64,000 nt of DNA from an uncultured Pseudomonadota bacterium (GCA_963749075.1 CAVVLJ010000016.1:704001-768000); one strand, 5' to 3'. Numbered from the stretch's first letter, positions 20,446 to 32,242 are shown. A program made the numbers and translations. Notes: generated by a model not told the origin, from the sequence alone.

Positions 20446-21597
20446 ATGCACGGCACGCTCGAGGAGGCCATCCGCGCCAAGGCGGCCGAGCTCGGCTTCG
20501 ACGCCGCGGCCGTGACCGCGGCACGCCTCGACGCGAGCGCCAAGCGGAACCTCGCCGAGTATGTCGCGCGCGACTATCACGGCGACATGGCCTGGCTTGC
20601 CGACACCCTGCCGCGCCGCGGCGACCCGCAAGCGCTGTGGCCCGAGGCGAAGAGCGCCATCGTGCTCGGCCTGAGCTACGCGCCGGAGGGCGATCCGCTT
20701 GCGCTCACGCGCCTCTCCGAGCGGGGCAGCGTCTCGGTCTATGCCCGCGGCCAGGATTACCACGACGTCATCAAGAAACGCCTCAAGGCGCTGGCGCGCT
20801 GGCTCGCGGCTTACCGGGCTTGCGCCGTCAAGCTCTTCGTCGATACCGCACCGCTCATGGAGAAGCCGCTCGCCCAAGCGGCCGGCCTCGGCTGGCAGGG
20901 CAAGCACACCAACCTCGTCTCGCGCCGCCACGGCTCCTGGCTCTTCCTCGCGGCCCTCCTCCTTGACGTCGATCTCTCACCCGACGCCCCCGAGCGCGAC
21001 TGCTGCGGGAGCTGCCGGCGCTGCCTCGACGCCTGTCCCACCAAGGCCTTCCCGGCACCCTACCGGCTCGACGCGCGGCGCTGCATCTCCTATCTCACCA
21101 TCGAGCACAAGGGGCACATCCCGCGCGAATTCCGCAGAGCACTCGGCAACCGCATCTACGGCTGCGACGACTGCCTCGCGGTCTGCCCGTGGAACAAGTT
21201 CGCGGCGCGCACGCGGGAGTATGCCTTCCTGCCGCGCATCTTCCTCACGGCGCCCAGGCTAGCGGACCTCGCCCTCCTCGACGATGCCGCCTTCCGCGAG
21301 CTCTTCGCGGGCTCGCCCATCAAGCGCATCGGGCGCGCGCGCTTCCTGCGCAATGTGCTCATAGCGCTCGGCAACAGCGGCGCGCCGGCGCTGGCGCCGC
21401 GCGCCGAGCGGCTGCTCGCGGACCCTTCGCCGCTCGTGCGCGGGGCCGCCGTCTGGGCCCTCGAGCGCCTCTTGGCACCCGCGCGTTTCGCGGCACTGCG
21501 CGGGGCGCACCGGCCGCGCGAGAGGGATCCCGCGGTGCGCGCCGAATGGGATGCGGGCGCGGCCTGCCAGTCGGCCGGGCAAGCGGCGAGCGCCTGA
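20446..21597 (+). CDS. queG: epoxyqueuosine reductase
   Basis: [55 protein letters not shown]. Confidence 0.95.
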   Translation: MHGTLEEAIRAKAAELGFDAAAVTAARLDASAKRNLAEYVARDYHGDMAWLADTLPRRGDPQALWPEAKSAIVLGLSYAPEGDPLALTRLSERGSVSVYARGQDYHDVIKKRLKALARWLAAYRACAVKLFVDTAPLMEKPLAQAAGLGWQGKHTNLVSRRHGSWLFLAALLLDVDLSPDAPERDCCGSCRRCLDACPTKAFPAPYRLDARRCISYLTIEHKGHIPREFRRALGNRIYGCDDCLAVCPWNKFAARTREYAFLPRIFLTAPRLADLALLDDAAFRELFAGSPIKRIGRARFLRNVLIALGNSGAPALAPRAERLLADPSPLVRGAAVWALERLLAPARFAALRGAHRPRERDPAVRAEWDAGAACQSAGQAASA

Positions 21598-21654
21598 GCG
21601 CTCCCCGGCGCCGGGCGGCAGAGGCGCAAGGTCCCGCCGCAATACATCCGTCGA

Positions 21655-21683
21655 TTGCAAGACTGCGACACATCTGCTAGACT
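21655..21683 (+). promoter_or_regulatory. putative sigma70 promoter of the luxR gene
   Basis: TTGCAA-17 nt-TAGACT, 42 nt upstream of the GTG start. Confidence 0.45.
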
Positions 21684-21725
21684 TCTCGCAAAGGAAGCGA
21701 AAGCAAGGATAAATAAAAGCGGGTC

Positions 21726-22496
21726 GTGAACGGCCCGCAAGCCTTCGGGGAGAAGCCGAACGTGGTACCGGTCATGTCCGATGCGATCGACGAGTTCATC
21801 CGCCGCTCGGCGGCGGCCGCGCGTCCTCATGCGCTCTTCGATCTCTTTGCCGAGACGGTGGGCCCCTTGGGCTTTCCCGCCGTGGCCTACCTCGGCTATC
21901 AGTTCGGCGAGGAAGGCGAGCACCCGCCGATCGTCATGTCGAACTGTCCCGCGGACTGGCTCGCGCGCTACATCGAGAACGACAGCGGCCTGACCGATCC
22001 CGTGCTGATCGGCGCCGTGCGCGATGTGGTGCCGTTCATCTGGAACACCTCCGGCGCCGCACGGCTGGCGCCGCCGCCGCGCGAGGCGGCGGCCGCCGAC
22101 GGGCCGCACGTCGGAGCCGCGGTGCCCATTCACGGCTTCGCCGGCGAGTTCGCCATCGTCTGCCTCGCGTCCACCGCGGACCAGGCGGAGTTCGACAGCA
22201 CGTGGCGGCGCTACCGCCATGCGGCGCACGTGATGTCCTTGCATCTCCATTCCAGGATCGCCCAGGCGCTGACGCTCGACCGGCCGCGCCGCGCGCCCGT
22301 GCCCTTGAGCGAGCGCGAGGCCGAATGCCTGATCTGGATGGCGCGGGGCAAGACGAACTGGGAGATCGCGGAGATCCTGCGGCTCTCCGAGAAGACGATC
22401 CAGACCTACCTCGAGAACATCAAGCGCAAGCTCGGCGTCTATACCAAGACGCAGGCGGTGGTGAAGGCGATCATGCGCGGACTGATCAAGCCGTGA
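21726..22496 (+). CDS. LuxR-family regulator with autoinducer-binding domain (LuxR solo)
   Basis: DWLARY, DPVL, PFIW, G..VPIHG, C-terminal HTH LSEREAECL.WMARGKTNWEIA; start could be ATG 21774. Confidence 0.85.
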   Translation: MNGPQAFGEKPNVVPVMSDAIDEFIRRSAAAARPHALFDLFAETVGPLGFPAVAYLGYQFGEEGEHPPIVMSNCPADWLARYIENDSGLTDPVLIGAVRDVVPFIWNTSGAARLAPPPREAAAADGPHVGAAVPIHGFAGEFAIVCLASTADQAEFDSTWRRYRHAAHVMSLHLHSRIAQALTLDRPRRAPVPLSEREAECLIWMARGKTNWEIAEILRLSEKTIQTYLENIKRKLGVYTKTQAVVKAIMRGLIKP

Positions 22497-22654
22497 GCCG
22501 GCCGCAGCAACGAAGGAAAGCGGAGGATCGACGGAGAATCCTTTTGACTACACTATTTCGGGGGAGCGCGGCAATCCGGGAATAATGCCGGAATGCGCTG
22601 GGGGCGGGCCCTTGCTATGTGTTTTGTCCAACATGCTCTGGGCGGGGGGCGGCC

Positions 22655-22966
22655 ATGGCACACGATCAGGATGCGGCTCTGCGGGCGAACGGGGGCGATG
22701 TCCAGGCGGAGAAGGAGACGCAACGCGTAGGCCTGCTCAAGAGCCTCGAGTATCTCTACATCGAAGCCTGCTATGCGAAGATGTCGCTGGTCGCCACGCT
22801 GATCGGCGCGGCGATCGAGGCGGTCAGGGACGAGCTCAACGGCGTCAACGGCGCTACCCGCATGGCGAGTGCGGCCGTCACCGTCTCGATCCGCAACGTC
22901 TCGGCCAATCGCCTGCTCACCGACGACGACGATCTCGACGACGACGACTACTTCAAGGATTCCTGA
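22655..22966 (+). CDS. small hypothetical protein with acidic tail
   Basis: 103 aa, host-like codon usage, helical core LKSLEYLYIEA..VATLIGAA, tail DDDDLDDDDY. Confidence 0.6.
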   Translation: MAHDQDAALRANGGDVQAEKETQRVGLLKSLEYLYIEACYAKMSLVATLIGAAIEAVRDELNGVNGATRMASAAVTVSIRNVSANRLLTDDDDLDDDDYFKDS

Positions 22967-22984
22967 GCCGCCTCTCTGCAGCTC

Positions 22985-24040
22985 TCAGGCGGCGATGCTG
23001 GCGGGAGCAGAGGCACCCGGGGCGTCCGGCGCGCGCGCGGCTTGCGCCGCCGGCTCGGGCATGCGCGCCGCGGCGGCGCTCACGGCCTCGGCGCCGGCTC
23101 CCGGCAGGGCGGCCAGCGCTGCGAGCGAGCGGCGCCACGCCTTGGCGCCGGGGACGCCCTGGAAAAGCCCGAGGATATGGCGCGTGACGGCGCCGAGCGG
23201 CGTGCCCTCGCGCCGCGCGCGCTCGATATAGGAGAGCAGGCCCGCGACCACCTGGTGCCGCGTCGGCACCGGGGAGGACGCGTCGAAGAAGCGCCGGTCC
23301 GCCTCGGCAAGCATGTAGGGGTCGTGATAGGCGGCGCGGCCGATCATGACGCCGTCGACGCGGGCGAGTTCGGCCGCGGCCTGCTCGAGGCTCGCGATGC
23401 CGCCGTTGAGCACGATCTCGAGGGCGGGGAAATCGGCCTTGAGGCGGTGCACGGTCTCCCAGGAGAGCGGCGGGATCTCGCGGTTCTCGCGCGGGCTCAG
23501 GCCGCTCAGCCAGGCCTTGCGGGCATGGATGGCGAAGCTCATGCAGCCGGCGTCGGCCAAGCGGCGCACGAAGCTCCTGAGCTCGCCGTAGGAATCCCGC
23601 TCGTCGATGCCGATGCGCGTCTTGACCGTGACGGGAAGCCGCTGGGCGCGGACCATGGCGGCAACGCCGCGCGCGACAAGCTCCGGCTCCGCCATCAGGC
23701 AGGCGCCGAAGCGCGCGCTCTGCACCCGCTCGCTCGGGCAGCCGAGGTTGAGGTTGACCTCGTCGTAGCCGAAGCCCTCGGCGATGCGCGCGCATTCGGC
23801 AAGCTCGCCCGGGTCGGCGCCGCCGAGCTGGAGGGCGATCGGATGCTCGGCCGCGTCGAAGCCGATGAGGCGCTGCCGCTCGCCGCGCAAGAGCGCCGCG
23901 GTGCCGACCATCTCGCTGTAGAGCAGCACGCGGCGGCTGAGCAACCGCAGGAAATAGCGGCAGTGCCGGTCCGTGCGCTCCATCATTGGGGCGACGGAGA
24001 GGCGCCGGCTCAAGGGGGCTGCGGGCGGACTGCCGATCAT
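22985..24040 (-). CDS. dusA: tRNA-dihydrouridine(20/20a) synthase
   Basis: SVAPMM..TDRHCRYF, QLGG, NLNLGCPS, GACLM, HARKAWLSGLSPRENREIPPL. Confidence 0.93.
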   Translation of the reverse strand: MIGSPPAAPLSRRLSVAPMMERTDRHCRYFLRLLSRRVLLYSEMVGTAALLRGERQRLIGFDAAEHPIALQLGGADPGELAECARIAEGFGYDEVNLNLGCPSERVQSARFGACLMAEPELVARGVAAMVRAQRLPVTVKTRIGIDERDSYGELRSFVRRLADAGCMSFAIHARKAWLSGLSPRENREIPPLSWETVHRLKADFPALEIVLNGGIASLEQAAAELARVDGVMIGRAAYHDPYMLAEADRRFFDASSPVPTRHQVVAGLLSYIERARREGTPLGAVTRHILGLFQGVPGAKAWRRSLAALAALPGAGAEAVSAAAARMPEPAAQAARAPDAPGASAPASIAA

Positions 24041-24175
24041 GGCGACTCTCTACACCTGGTATGGCGTTCGGAGCAAATGGCGAGCTGTCTCCCCCAGCGT
24101 TTTCTTGACCGAGGTGGCGACGGGGCCGAATACTTCGCGCTGCGCGCATCTCGTGCGCAAGCAAGGGGGGACAAC

Positions 24176-24442
24176 ATGAAAAGACTGATTGTGAGCTCGA
24201 TCGAGCCGTTGAGTGCGGTCGTCATCGTTCTTATGCTCATGGTCGGGCTGATCGGCGGGGCGGGCGTAGGCTATCATCTCGGCGGAGCAGCTCTCGCGGT
24301 GGTAGGGGCTATTCTCGGCGTGATCGCCTACTTCGCGCTTGCGGTCTTGATCTTCGGCGCGCTCTTCATCCTGCTCGAGATGGACGAGAGCCTGCGCGCC
24401 ATCCGCGCGTTGCTCGAGCGCCAGGCCGCCCCTAAGCCCTAG
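24176..24442 (+). CDS. small membrane protein (2 TM)
   Basis: 88 aa, GGGGG RBS-like element, two hydrophobic stretches, C-terminal EMDESLRAIRALLE. Confidence 0.6.
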   Translation: MKRLIVSSIEPLSAVVIVLMLMVGLIGGAGVGYHLGGAALAVVGAILGVIAYFALAVLIFGALFILLEMDESLRAIRALLERQAAPKP

Positions 24443-24610
24443 GCCGGAGGCGGGCGCCGTCGCCCGCGCGCCAAAAGGGGATCGTGGTCGCCTAGTTCGC
24501 GCGCGAGGGGCAGAAGCTCGCGCGGGCGTGTAGGGCGTTGCGCTCGTAGGCGAGCGCCGCCGCGGGAATTACGCGCTAGACTTGCCCGGTCGAGCAAGAG
24601 GAGCATTGCC

Positions 24611-25975
24611 ATGGCCCAAGGGTCCGCTGCCGCCGCCAACCGCATCGAGGTCCACGACCCGGAGGCACTCGCCGCCGCCCGCGCCGTCCTCGACGCCGCG
24701 GCCAACGCCCGCGCCATGGGCGAGGCGGTCAAGGCGGCGGTCGAGCGCAATGCCGCGTTCCGCGGCGCCCAGTGCATCAATCTCCTGGCGCCCGAGGCGC
24801 CGACGAGCCCGGGCGTGCGCGCGCTGCTCGCGAGCGAGATCGGCACGCGTGCCGCCGAGGGGCATATCGGCCGGGTCAACCGCTGGTTCGCCGGGACGAC
24901 GCACATCGACGAGCTCGAGGCGCTCTGCGTCGAGCTCCTCAAGCGCTACTTCCGCTGCAACTACGCGGACCATCGCCTGTGCGCCTCCATGATCGGCAAT
25001 GCCGTGGTCTATACGGCGCTCTCCGAGCCGGGCGACATCATCATGTCGGCAGCCCAGCCGGTGGGCGGCCATTCCTCCAACCGCAGCGACGGGCCGGCGG
25101 GTGCCATGGGCCGCAAGATCGTCGACATCCCCTTCGACGCGCGCGAGCTCGTGGTCGACATGGACGCCTTCCGCAAGGCGGCACCCCTGGTGCGGCCCAA
25201 GCTCACCGCACTCGGCCTCTCGATGACGCTCTTCCCCCAGCCCGTGGCCGAGATGAAGCGCGTCGTCGCCGAGTGGGGCGGCCGGCTCTTCTTCGATGCG
25301 GCGCATCAGCTCGGCCTCATCGGCGGCCGCCAGTTCCAGGACCCGCTGGCCGAGGGTGCCGACATCATGACCGGCTCGGCGGGCAAGACCTTCTCCGGCC
25401 CGCAGTCGGGCATCATCCTGTGGGACGATCCGGAGCTCGCCCGGCCGGTCACCACCGCGATCTTCCCGGTCTGGGCGGCGACGCACCAGGTAAACCGCGT
25501 GGCAGCCCTCGCTCTCGCGACCGCCGAGGCGATCGCTTACGGCGAGGCCTTCATGGCGGCGATCGTGCAGAACGCCCAGGCCCTCGCCCGCGCGCTCGAC
25601 GCCCGCGGCTTGCCCATGCTCGGCGCCCACAAGGGCTATACCACGACCCACCAGACGATCGCCGACGCGCGCCGCTTCGGCCGCGGCTTAGACGCGGCGA
25701 GGCGCCTCGAGCGCGCCAACATCATCGTCAACAAGAACCTCATCCCGGACGACAAGCCGGAGGACTGGGATTTCCCCGGCGGCCTGCGCATGGGCACCAT
25801 CGAGATAACCCGGCTCGGCATGGGCGTGGGCGAGATGGAGACGATAGCCGGGCTCATCGCCCGCGTGCTGGTCGAGGGCGAGGCGCCCGAGGACGTGCGC
25901 AAGGATGCGCTCGCTCTCAGAAGCGGCTTTCAGACGCTCTATTACTGCTTCGAGAACGGCTTGCCGCCGGGCTGA
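24611..25975 (+). CDS. serine hydroxymethyltransferase-family PLP enzyme, archaeal-type, with divergent active site
   Basis: DAAHQLGLI, FQDPLAEGAD, GKTFSGPQ (PLP lysine), ANIIVNKN, GLRMGT.EITRLG. Confidence 0.8.
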   Translation: MAQGSAAAANRIEVHDPEALAAARAVLDAAANARAMGEAVKAAVERNAAFRGAQCINLLAPEAPTSPGVRALLASEIGTRAAEGHIGRVNRWFAGTTHIDELEALCVELLKRYFRCNYADHRLCASMIGNAVVYTALSEPGDIIMSAAQPVGGHSSNRSDGPAGAMGRKIVDIPFDARELVVDMDAFRKAAPLVRPKLTALGLSMTLFPQPVAEMKRVVAEWGGRLFFDAAHQLGLIGGRQFQDPLAEGADIMTGSAGKTFSGPQSGIILWDDPELARPVTTAIFPVWAATHQVNRVAALALATAEAIAYGEAFMAAIVQNAQALARALDARGLPMLGAHKGYTTTHQTIADARRFGRGLDAARRLERANIIVNKNLIPDDKPEDWDFPGGLRMGTIEITRLGMGVGEMETIAGLIARVLVEGEAPEDVRKDALALRSGFQTLYYCFENGLPPG

Positions 25976-25991
25976 CGGCCGCCGGCGCCGC

Positions 25992-27494
<1,503 letters not shown>

Positions 27495-27668
27495 AAAGGC
27501 GTCACGCTGTGCCGTGCTGCGGCAGCCCAAGGGCGCGCATGTTTCGGGAAGCTACCAAGAAGATGTGGCCGCGATCATAGTTTTTCCAGCCCCCCTGTCA
27601 ATCTTTGTCGAATGCGGCAAAATGGCCTATCTCGTGGCCGGCTCCGCTAGTCGGGAGGAATTTGACCA

Positions 27669-29735
27669 ATGCAAGCCGCAGGAAACGCCCAGCCCGAGAC
27701 CGCCGCCGCGGCTCGGGACCCCTTGCTGCAACCCTTGAGGATCAAGCGCCTCGTGCTCAAGAACCGCGTCATGAGCACGAGCCACGCGTGCGGCCTCGAG
27801 GAGGGTGGGGTGCCCGGCGAGCGCTACCAGCTCTATCACGAGGAGAAGGCCAAAGGCGGCATCGCACTCACCATGTTCGGCGGCTCCTCGAACGTGGCCC
27901 CCAACTCGCCCAACATCTTCCGCCAGCTCAACGTGGGCGACGATGCCATCATCCCCCACCTGCAGCGTTTCTCGGAGCGCATCCACGCCCATGGTGCCGC
28001 GCTCATGTGCCAGATCACCCATCTCGGGCGGCGCGGCGAGCCCTATGCCTCGAACTGGCTGCCCACCATCGCGCCCTCGCCCTTGCGCGAGACGCTCCAC
28101 CGCAGCTTCCCCAAGGAGATGGACGAGCACGACATCGCGCGCGTGGTGCGCGCCTATGGCGCCGCGGCGCGGCGCTGCCAGGAGGGCGGGCTCGACGGCA
28201 TCGAGACGCTGGCCGGCGGCCACCTGATCGGCCAGTTCCTCTCGCCCAAGACCAACCGGCGGCGCGACCGCTTCGGCGGCTCGCTCGCGAACCGCTGCCG
28301 CTTCGGGCTCATGGTGCATGAGGAGATCCGAAGGCGCACCGGGGACGGCTTTCTCGTCGGCCTGCGCTACGTGGTGGACGAGGGCGCCGACGGCGGCCTC
28401 TCGCTCGACGAATGCGTCGCGGCGGCGCGCCTCTTCGAGGCCGCGGGCACCATCGATTTCTTCAATGCCATCTACGGCCGCATGGACACCGAGCTCGCGC
28501 TCGCCGTGGACAATATGCCGGGCATGGCCTCGCCCTTGGCTCCCTGGCTCGCCCGCGTGGGGGAGTTCAAGCGCCAGGTCAAGCTGCCGGTCTTCCACGC
28601 GGCGCGCATCGCCGACGTGGCGAGCGCGCGCCATGCCATCCGCGAGGGACTCCTCGACATGGTCGCCATGACGCGCGCCCATATCGCCGATCCCCACATC
28701 GTGGCCAAGCTCGCGGCCGGGCTCGAGCAGCGCATCCGCCCTTGCGTCGGCGCCACCCACTGCCAGTCGCAATACCGGCCGTCGTGCCTCCACAATCCCT
28801 CGAGCGGACGCGAGTCGACCCTGCCGCACGCCATCGCCCGCGCCGAGCGGCCGGGGCGCAAGGTGGCGGTCGTCGGCGGCGGCCCGGCGGGGCTCGAGGC
28901 GGCGCGGGTGGCGGCCGAGCGCGGCCACCGGGTCGTGCTCTTCGAGGCGGCACCCCGTCTCGGCGGCCAGGTCCTGCTGGGCGCACGGGCGGGCTGGCGC
29001 AAGGACTTGGCCGGCATCGTCGAGTGGCGCGCCGCAGAGCTCGCGCGCTTGGGTGTCGACGTCCGCGCCAATGTCCTCGCCGAAGAGGCCGACGTGCTCG
29101 GCGAGGAGCCGGAGGTGGTGATCGTGGCGACCGGCGGGGTGCCCGACCTCGAGTGGCTCGAAGGTGCCGAGCATTGCACCAGCCTGTGGGAGGCGCTCAG
29201 CGGCGGCACCCCACTCGGCCAGGAGATCCTCGTCTACGACGGCACCGGCCGGCACCCCGCACCCCACATGGCCGAGCTCGCCGCCAAGGCCGGGCGCCGG
29301 GTCTCGCTCGTCTCGATCGACGCGCAGCTCGCCCAGGAGCTCACCTATGCCGAGCGGGCGATCTGGAAGAGCCGCCTCGGCGCACTGGCACTGCCCATGA
29401 CCTTCGACCACGAGCTCGAGAAGGTGGCCGTCTCGGGCAACCGCATCGTGGCGAGCTTCCGCAGCCTGGTCACCGGCGCCGCCATCGAGCTGAGCGCCGA
29501 CCAGGTGGTGGTCGAGCACGGCACGCTCCCCTCGGACGGGCTCTACCATGCGCTGCGCGGCCTCTCCGCGAACGACGGGGTGACCGACATCGAGGCACTC
29601 CTCGCCGGCGCCCCGCAGCCGCGCACGCTCAATCCGGCGGGACGCTTCGAGCTCCACCGCATCGGCGACGCCGTCGCCAGCCGCAACATCCACGCCGCAG
29701 TGCTCGACGCGCTCCGCCTGTGCCGGGCGCTCTGA
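27669..29735 (+). CDS. OYE-like NADH:flavin oxidoreductase (N-methylproline demethylase StcD/HpbA-like family)
   Basis: DPLLQP..LKNRVMSTSH, HLIGQFLSP.TN.R.D.FGGS, RPCVGATHC, GGGPAGLEAA. Confidence 0.8.
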   Translation: MQAAGNAQPETAAAARDPLLQPLRIKRLVLKNRVMSTSHACGLEEGGVPGERYQLYHEEKAKGGIALTMFGGSSNVAPNSPNIFRQLNVGDDAIIPHLQRFSERIHAHGAALMCQITHLGRRGEPYASNWLPTIAPSPLRETLHRSFPKEMDEHDIARVVRAYGAAARRCQEGGLDGIETLAGGHLIGQFLSPKTNRRRDRFGGSLANRCRFGLMVHEEIRRRTGDGFLVGLRYVVDEGADGGLSLDECVAAARLFEAAGTIDFFNAIYGRMDTELALAVDNMPGMASPLAPWLARVGEFKRQVKLPVFHAARIADVASARHAIREGLLDMVAMTRAHIADPHIVAKLAAGLEQRIRPCVGATHCQSQYRPSCLHNPSSGRESTLPHAIARAERPGRKVAVVGGGPAGLEAARVAAERGHRVVLFEAAPRLGGQVLLGARAGWRKDLAGIVEWRAAELARLGVDVRANVLAEEADVLGEEPEVVIVATGGVPDLEWLEGAEHCTSLWEALSGGTPLGQEILVYDGTGRHPAPHMAELAAKAGRRVSLVSIDAQLAQELTYAERAIWKSRLGALALPMTFDHELEKVAVSGNRIVASFRSLVTGAAIELSADQVVVEHGTLPSDGLYHALRGLSANDGVTDIEALLAGAPQPRTLNPAGRFELHRIGDAVASRNIHAAVLDALRLCRAL

Positions 29736-29761
29736 GCCCGAGATCCTCGAAGGAGATCGCC

Positions 29762-30467
29762 ATGACCGACCGCACCCCACTCGTGCTCGTGCCGGGGCTC
29801 CTCTGCGACGCAGCACTCTGGCGCCACCAGATCGACCACTTGGCCGAGCTGGCCGACGTCACCGTCGCGGACGTGACGGCGTGCGATAGCATGGCGGCCA
29901 TGGCGGAGGCCGTGCTCGCGCAAGCGCCGCCGGGGCCCTTCGCGCTCGCCGGCCTCTCGATGGGCGGCTACATCGCGCTCGAGATCATGCGCCGGGCGCC
30001 GGAGCGCGTGCAGCGCTTGGCCCTCCTCGACACCTCGGCGCGGCTCGATACGCCCGAGCAGCGCGAGCGCCGGCTCTCCCTCATCGCCCAGTGCGGGCGC
30101 GGCGACTTCCAGGGCGTTACCAACCGTCACCTGCCGCTCTTCATCCATCCCGATCGCCTCAAGGACGAGCGCCTCACCGGCGAGATCATGGCGATGACGA
30201 AGCGCGTCGGCCGAGACGCCTACCTGCGCTGTCAGCAGGCGATCATGAGTTCGGCCGGACAGCCGGCCGCAGCTCGGCGAGATCGTGAAGCCAACCCTTG
30301 TGCTGGTTGGCCGACAGGACATTTCGACGCCGCTCGAGGCCCACGAGGAGCTCGCGGCCCGCATCCCGCGCACCAAGCTCGTGGTTGTGGAGAATTGCGG
30401 CCACCTCTCGACCATGGAGCGGCCCGAGGCGGTCACGGCCGTGATGCGCTACTGGCTGCAGGATTGA
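29762..30467 (+). CDS. alpha/beta-fold hydrolase (one +1 frameshift at 30250-30251)
   Basis: PGLLCD, GLSMGG; removing one T gives IMSRPDSRPQLGEIVKPTLVLVGRQD...CGHLSTMERPE. Confidence 0.8.
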
Positions 30468-30621
30468 GCGGCGTTTCGGCCGGTTGCTTGCAAGCTTGCC
30501 GTGCCGCCGCTCTTATAATAAAAGAAGCAGTATGCCGCACTCGAACGGCCGAATGAAGAAACCCGGCGGGCCGCGGCAAGGCGACGCTTCAGAAAAACGA
30601 TAATTCGAGCAGGGAGGAACA

Positions 30622-31632
30622 ATGTTTACGAACAGGATGCACGTGATCGGGGGCGGCGCCTTGCTGGCGGTCCTGCTCCTCGGCTCGCTCTCGGTTGCCT
30701 CGGCGGCCGAGTTGCGGAAATTCACCTTCGGCTACGACCAGCCGCATACGACGGCTTATGGCATTGCCGGGGACATCTTCAATGCCAAGCTGATGGAGCT
30801 GAGCGGCGGCACCATGGGCATCGACCAGTTCCCGGGCGCCCAGCTGGGCCAGGAGCCGCAGATGCTCGAGAAGCTCAGGGCCGGCGACATCGATTTCATC
30901 ATCACGTCGACCGCCAACGCCGCGACGGTGGCGCCGGAGGCGGGCGTGATGTCGCTGCACTTCATCTTCCGCGACAAGGACCACTTGCGGAAGACGCTGG
31001 CCGATCCCGAGGTCGTCAAGGCGTTTCGCGACATGATTCACGACACCGTGAAGGGTGCCCAGGTGCTGGCCCTGATGACGATGGGCCTGCGCAACATGTA
31101 CGGCAAGACGCCGGTCACCAAGGTCGAGGATCTCAAGGGCGAGAAGGTGCGCGTGCAGGCGACCAAGACCGAGGACATGGCCTTCCCGGCCTATGGCGCG
31201 CAGACGGTGCACATGCCGTTCGGCGAGGTCTACACCTCGCTGCAGACGGGGGTGGTGAACTTTGCCGAGAACGGCATCAACGTTTACCTCGCGAACAAGC
31301 ACTACGAGGTGGCGCCGGTCCTCTCGATCACCGAGCACGAGGCCAACAACAACGCCATCTGGGTCAGCGACAAGACCTGGAACAGCCTGAACGACGAGCA
31401 GAAGAAATGGGTCCAGGCGGCCGCCGACGAGGTCGGAAAGGTCGAGCCGGCCAAGGCGCTGCAGCTCGAGGAAGATTCCGAAGTCAAGCTGAAGAAGATC
31501 GGCGTGAAGGTCGTCGATGACGTCGACAAGTCAGGCTTCATGAAGGACGCCCAGCCGATCCAGGACGAGCTCGCCAAGGAGCTGGGGCCGCACGCGGTCA
31601 AGATCCTGGCGCTGATCCGCAATGTGAAGTGA
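30622..31632 (+). CDS. dctP: TRAP transporter solute-binding protein DctP
   Basis: Signal peptide, FPGAQLG, DLKGEKVRV, MPFGEVYTSLQTGVV..AEN. Confidence 0.9.
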   Translation: MFTNRMHVIGGGALLAVLLLGSLSVASAAELRKFTFGYDQPHTTAYGIAGDIFNAKLMELSGGTMGIDQFPGAQLGQEPQMLEKLRAGDIDFIITSTANAATVAPEAGVMSLHFIFRDKDHLRKTLADPEVVKAFRDMIHDTVKGAQVLALMTMGLRNMYGKTPVTKVEDLKGEKVRVQATKTEDMAFPAYGAQTVHMPFGEVYTSLQTGVVNFAENGINVYLANKHYEVAPVLSITEHEANNNAIWVSDKTWNSLNDEQKKWVQAAADEVGKVEPAKALQLEEDSEVKLKKIGVKVVDDVDKSGFMKDAQPIQDELAKELGPHAVKILALIRNVK

Positions 31633-31690
31633 CCCAGCCGAAGGACCCGGGCGGCGTCGAGCAGCCTGCTCGCGCTGCGGGGGGAGGTTG

Positions 31691-32242
31691 ATGGAGGGTC
31701 AGAAAGCCCTGATCATCCAGCGCCATCGCCACCTCAAGTGGCGCGCGCTGGACCCGATCGAGGCGCTGCTGATGGTGCTCTGCGGCGTCAGCATCGCCGC
31801 CTTCACGCTGTCCGTGTTCCTCGACGTTGTGACGCGCACGCTGGGCGAGCCGTGGCTGTGGCTCCAGGAAGTGACCACCGCGTTCTTCGCCTGGGGCGTC
31901 TTCATCGGCATGGCCGCGGCGACCCGGCGCAACGATCATCTCTATCTCACCGAGCTCACCAAGCTCATGACGGGCTCGCTGCGCAGCTTCTTCGAGTCCT
32001 TCAACCGGCTTGTCGTCCTCGGCGTCGCCTTGGTGATGGTGTGGTTCGGCTATAAGAACGCGCTTTTGGACCTGGGCAGCTTCCGCATGCCCTCCCTCAT
32101 CCCGCTCACGGTCTATACCGCCGTGGTGCCGATCGCGGGCGCCTTGATCGCGCTCTTCGCCGTCGAGCAGCTCGTCAACGGCTGGCGCCACGGCTTCGAG
32201 GGCCCCGAGGACCACGACGACTTCGCGGAGACGCCCGAATGA
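31691..32242 (+). CDS. dctQ: TRAP transporter small permease DctQ
   Basis: 4 TM, WLQEVT..FFAW.VFIG, RRNDHL; lies between dctP and dctM. Confidence 0.88.
   Translation: MEGQKALIIQRHRHLKWRALDPIEALLMVLCGVSIAAFTLSVFLDVVTRTLGEPWLWLQEVTTAFFAWGVFIGMAAATRRNDHLYLTELTKLMTGSLRSFFESFNRLVVLGVALVMVWFGYKNALLDLGSFRMPSLIPLTVYTAVVPIAGALIALFAVEQLVNGWRHGFEGPEDHDDFAETPE

Noticed and set aside
30240-30260. Programmed frameshifting at the frameshift sites
   Set aside because: No slippery heptamers or shared stimulatory structures, and the genes are unrelated; sequencing error is the simpler explanation
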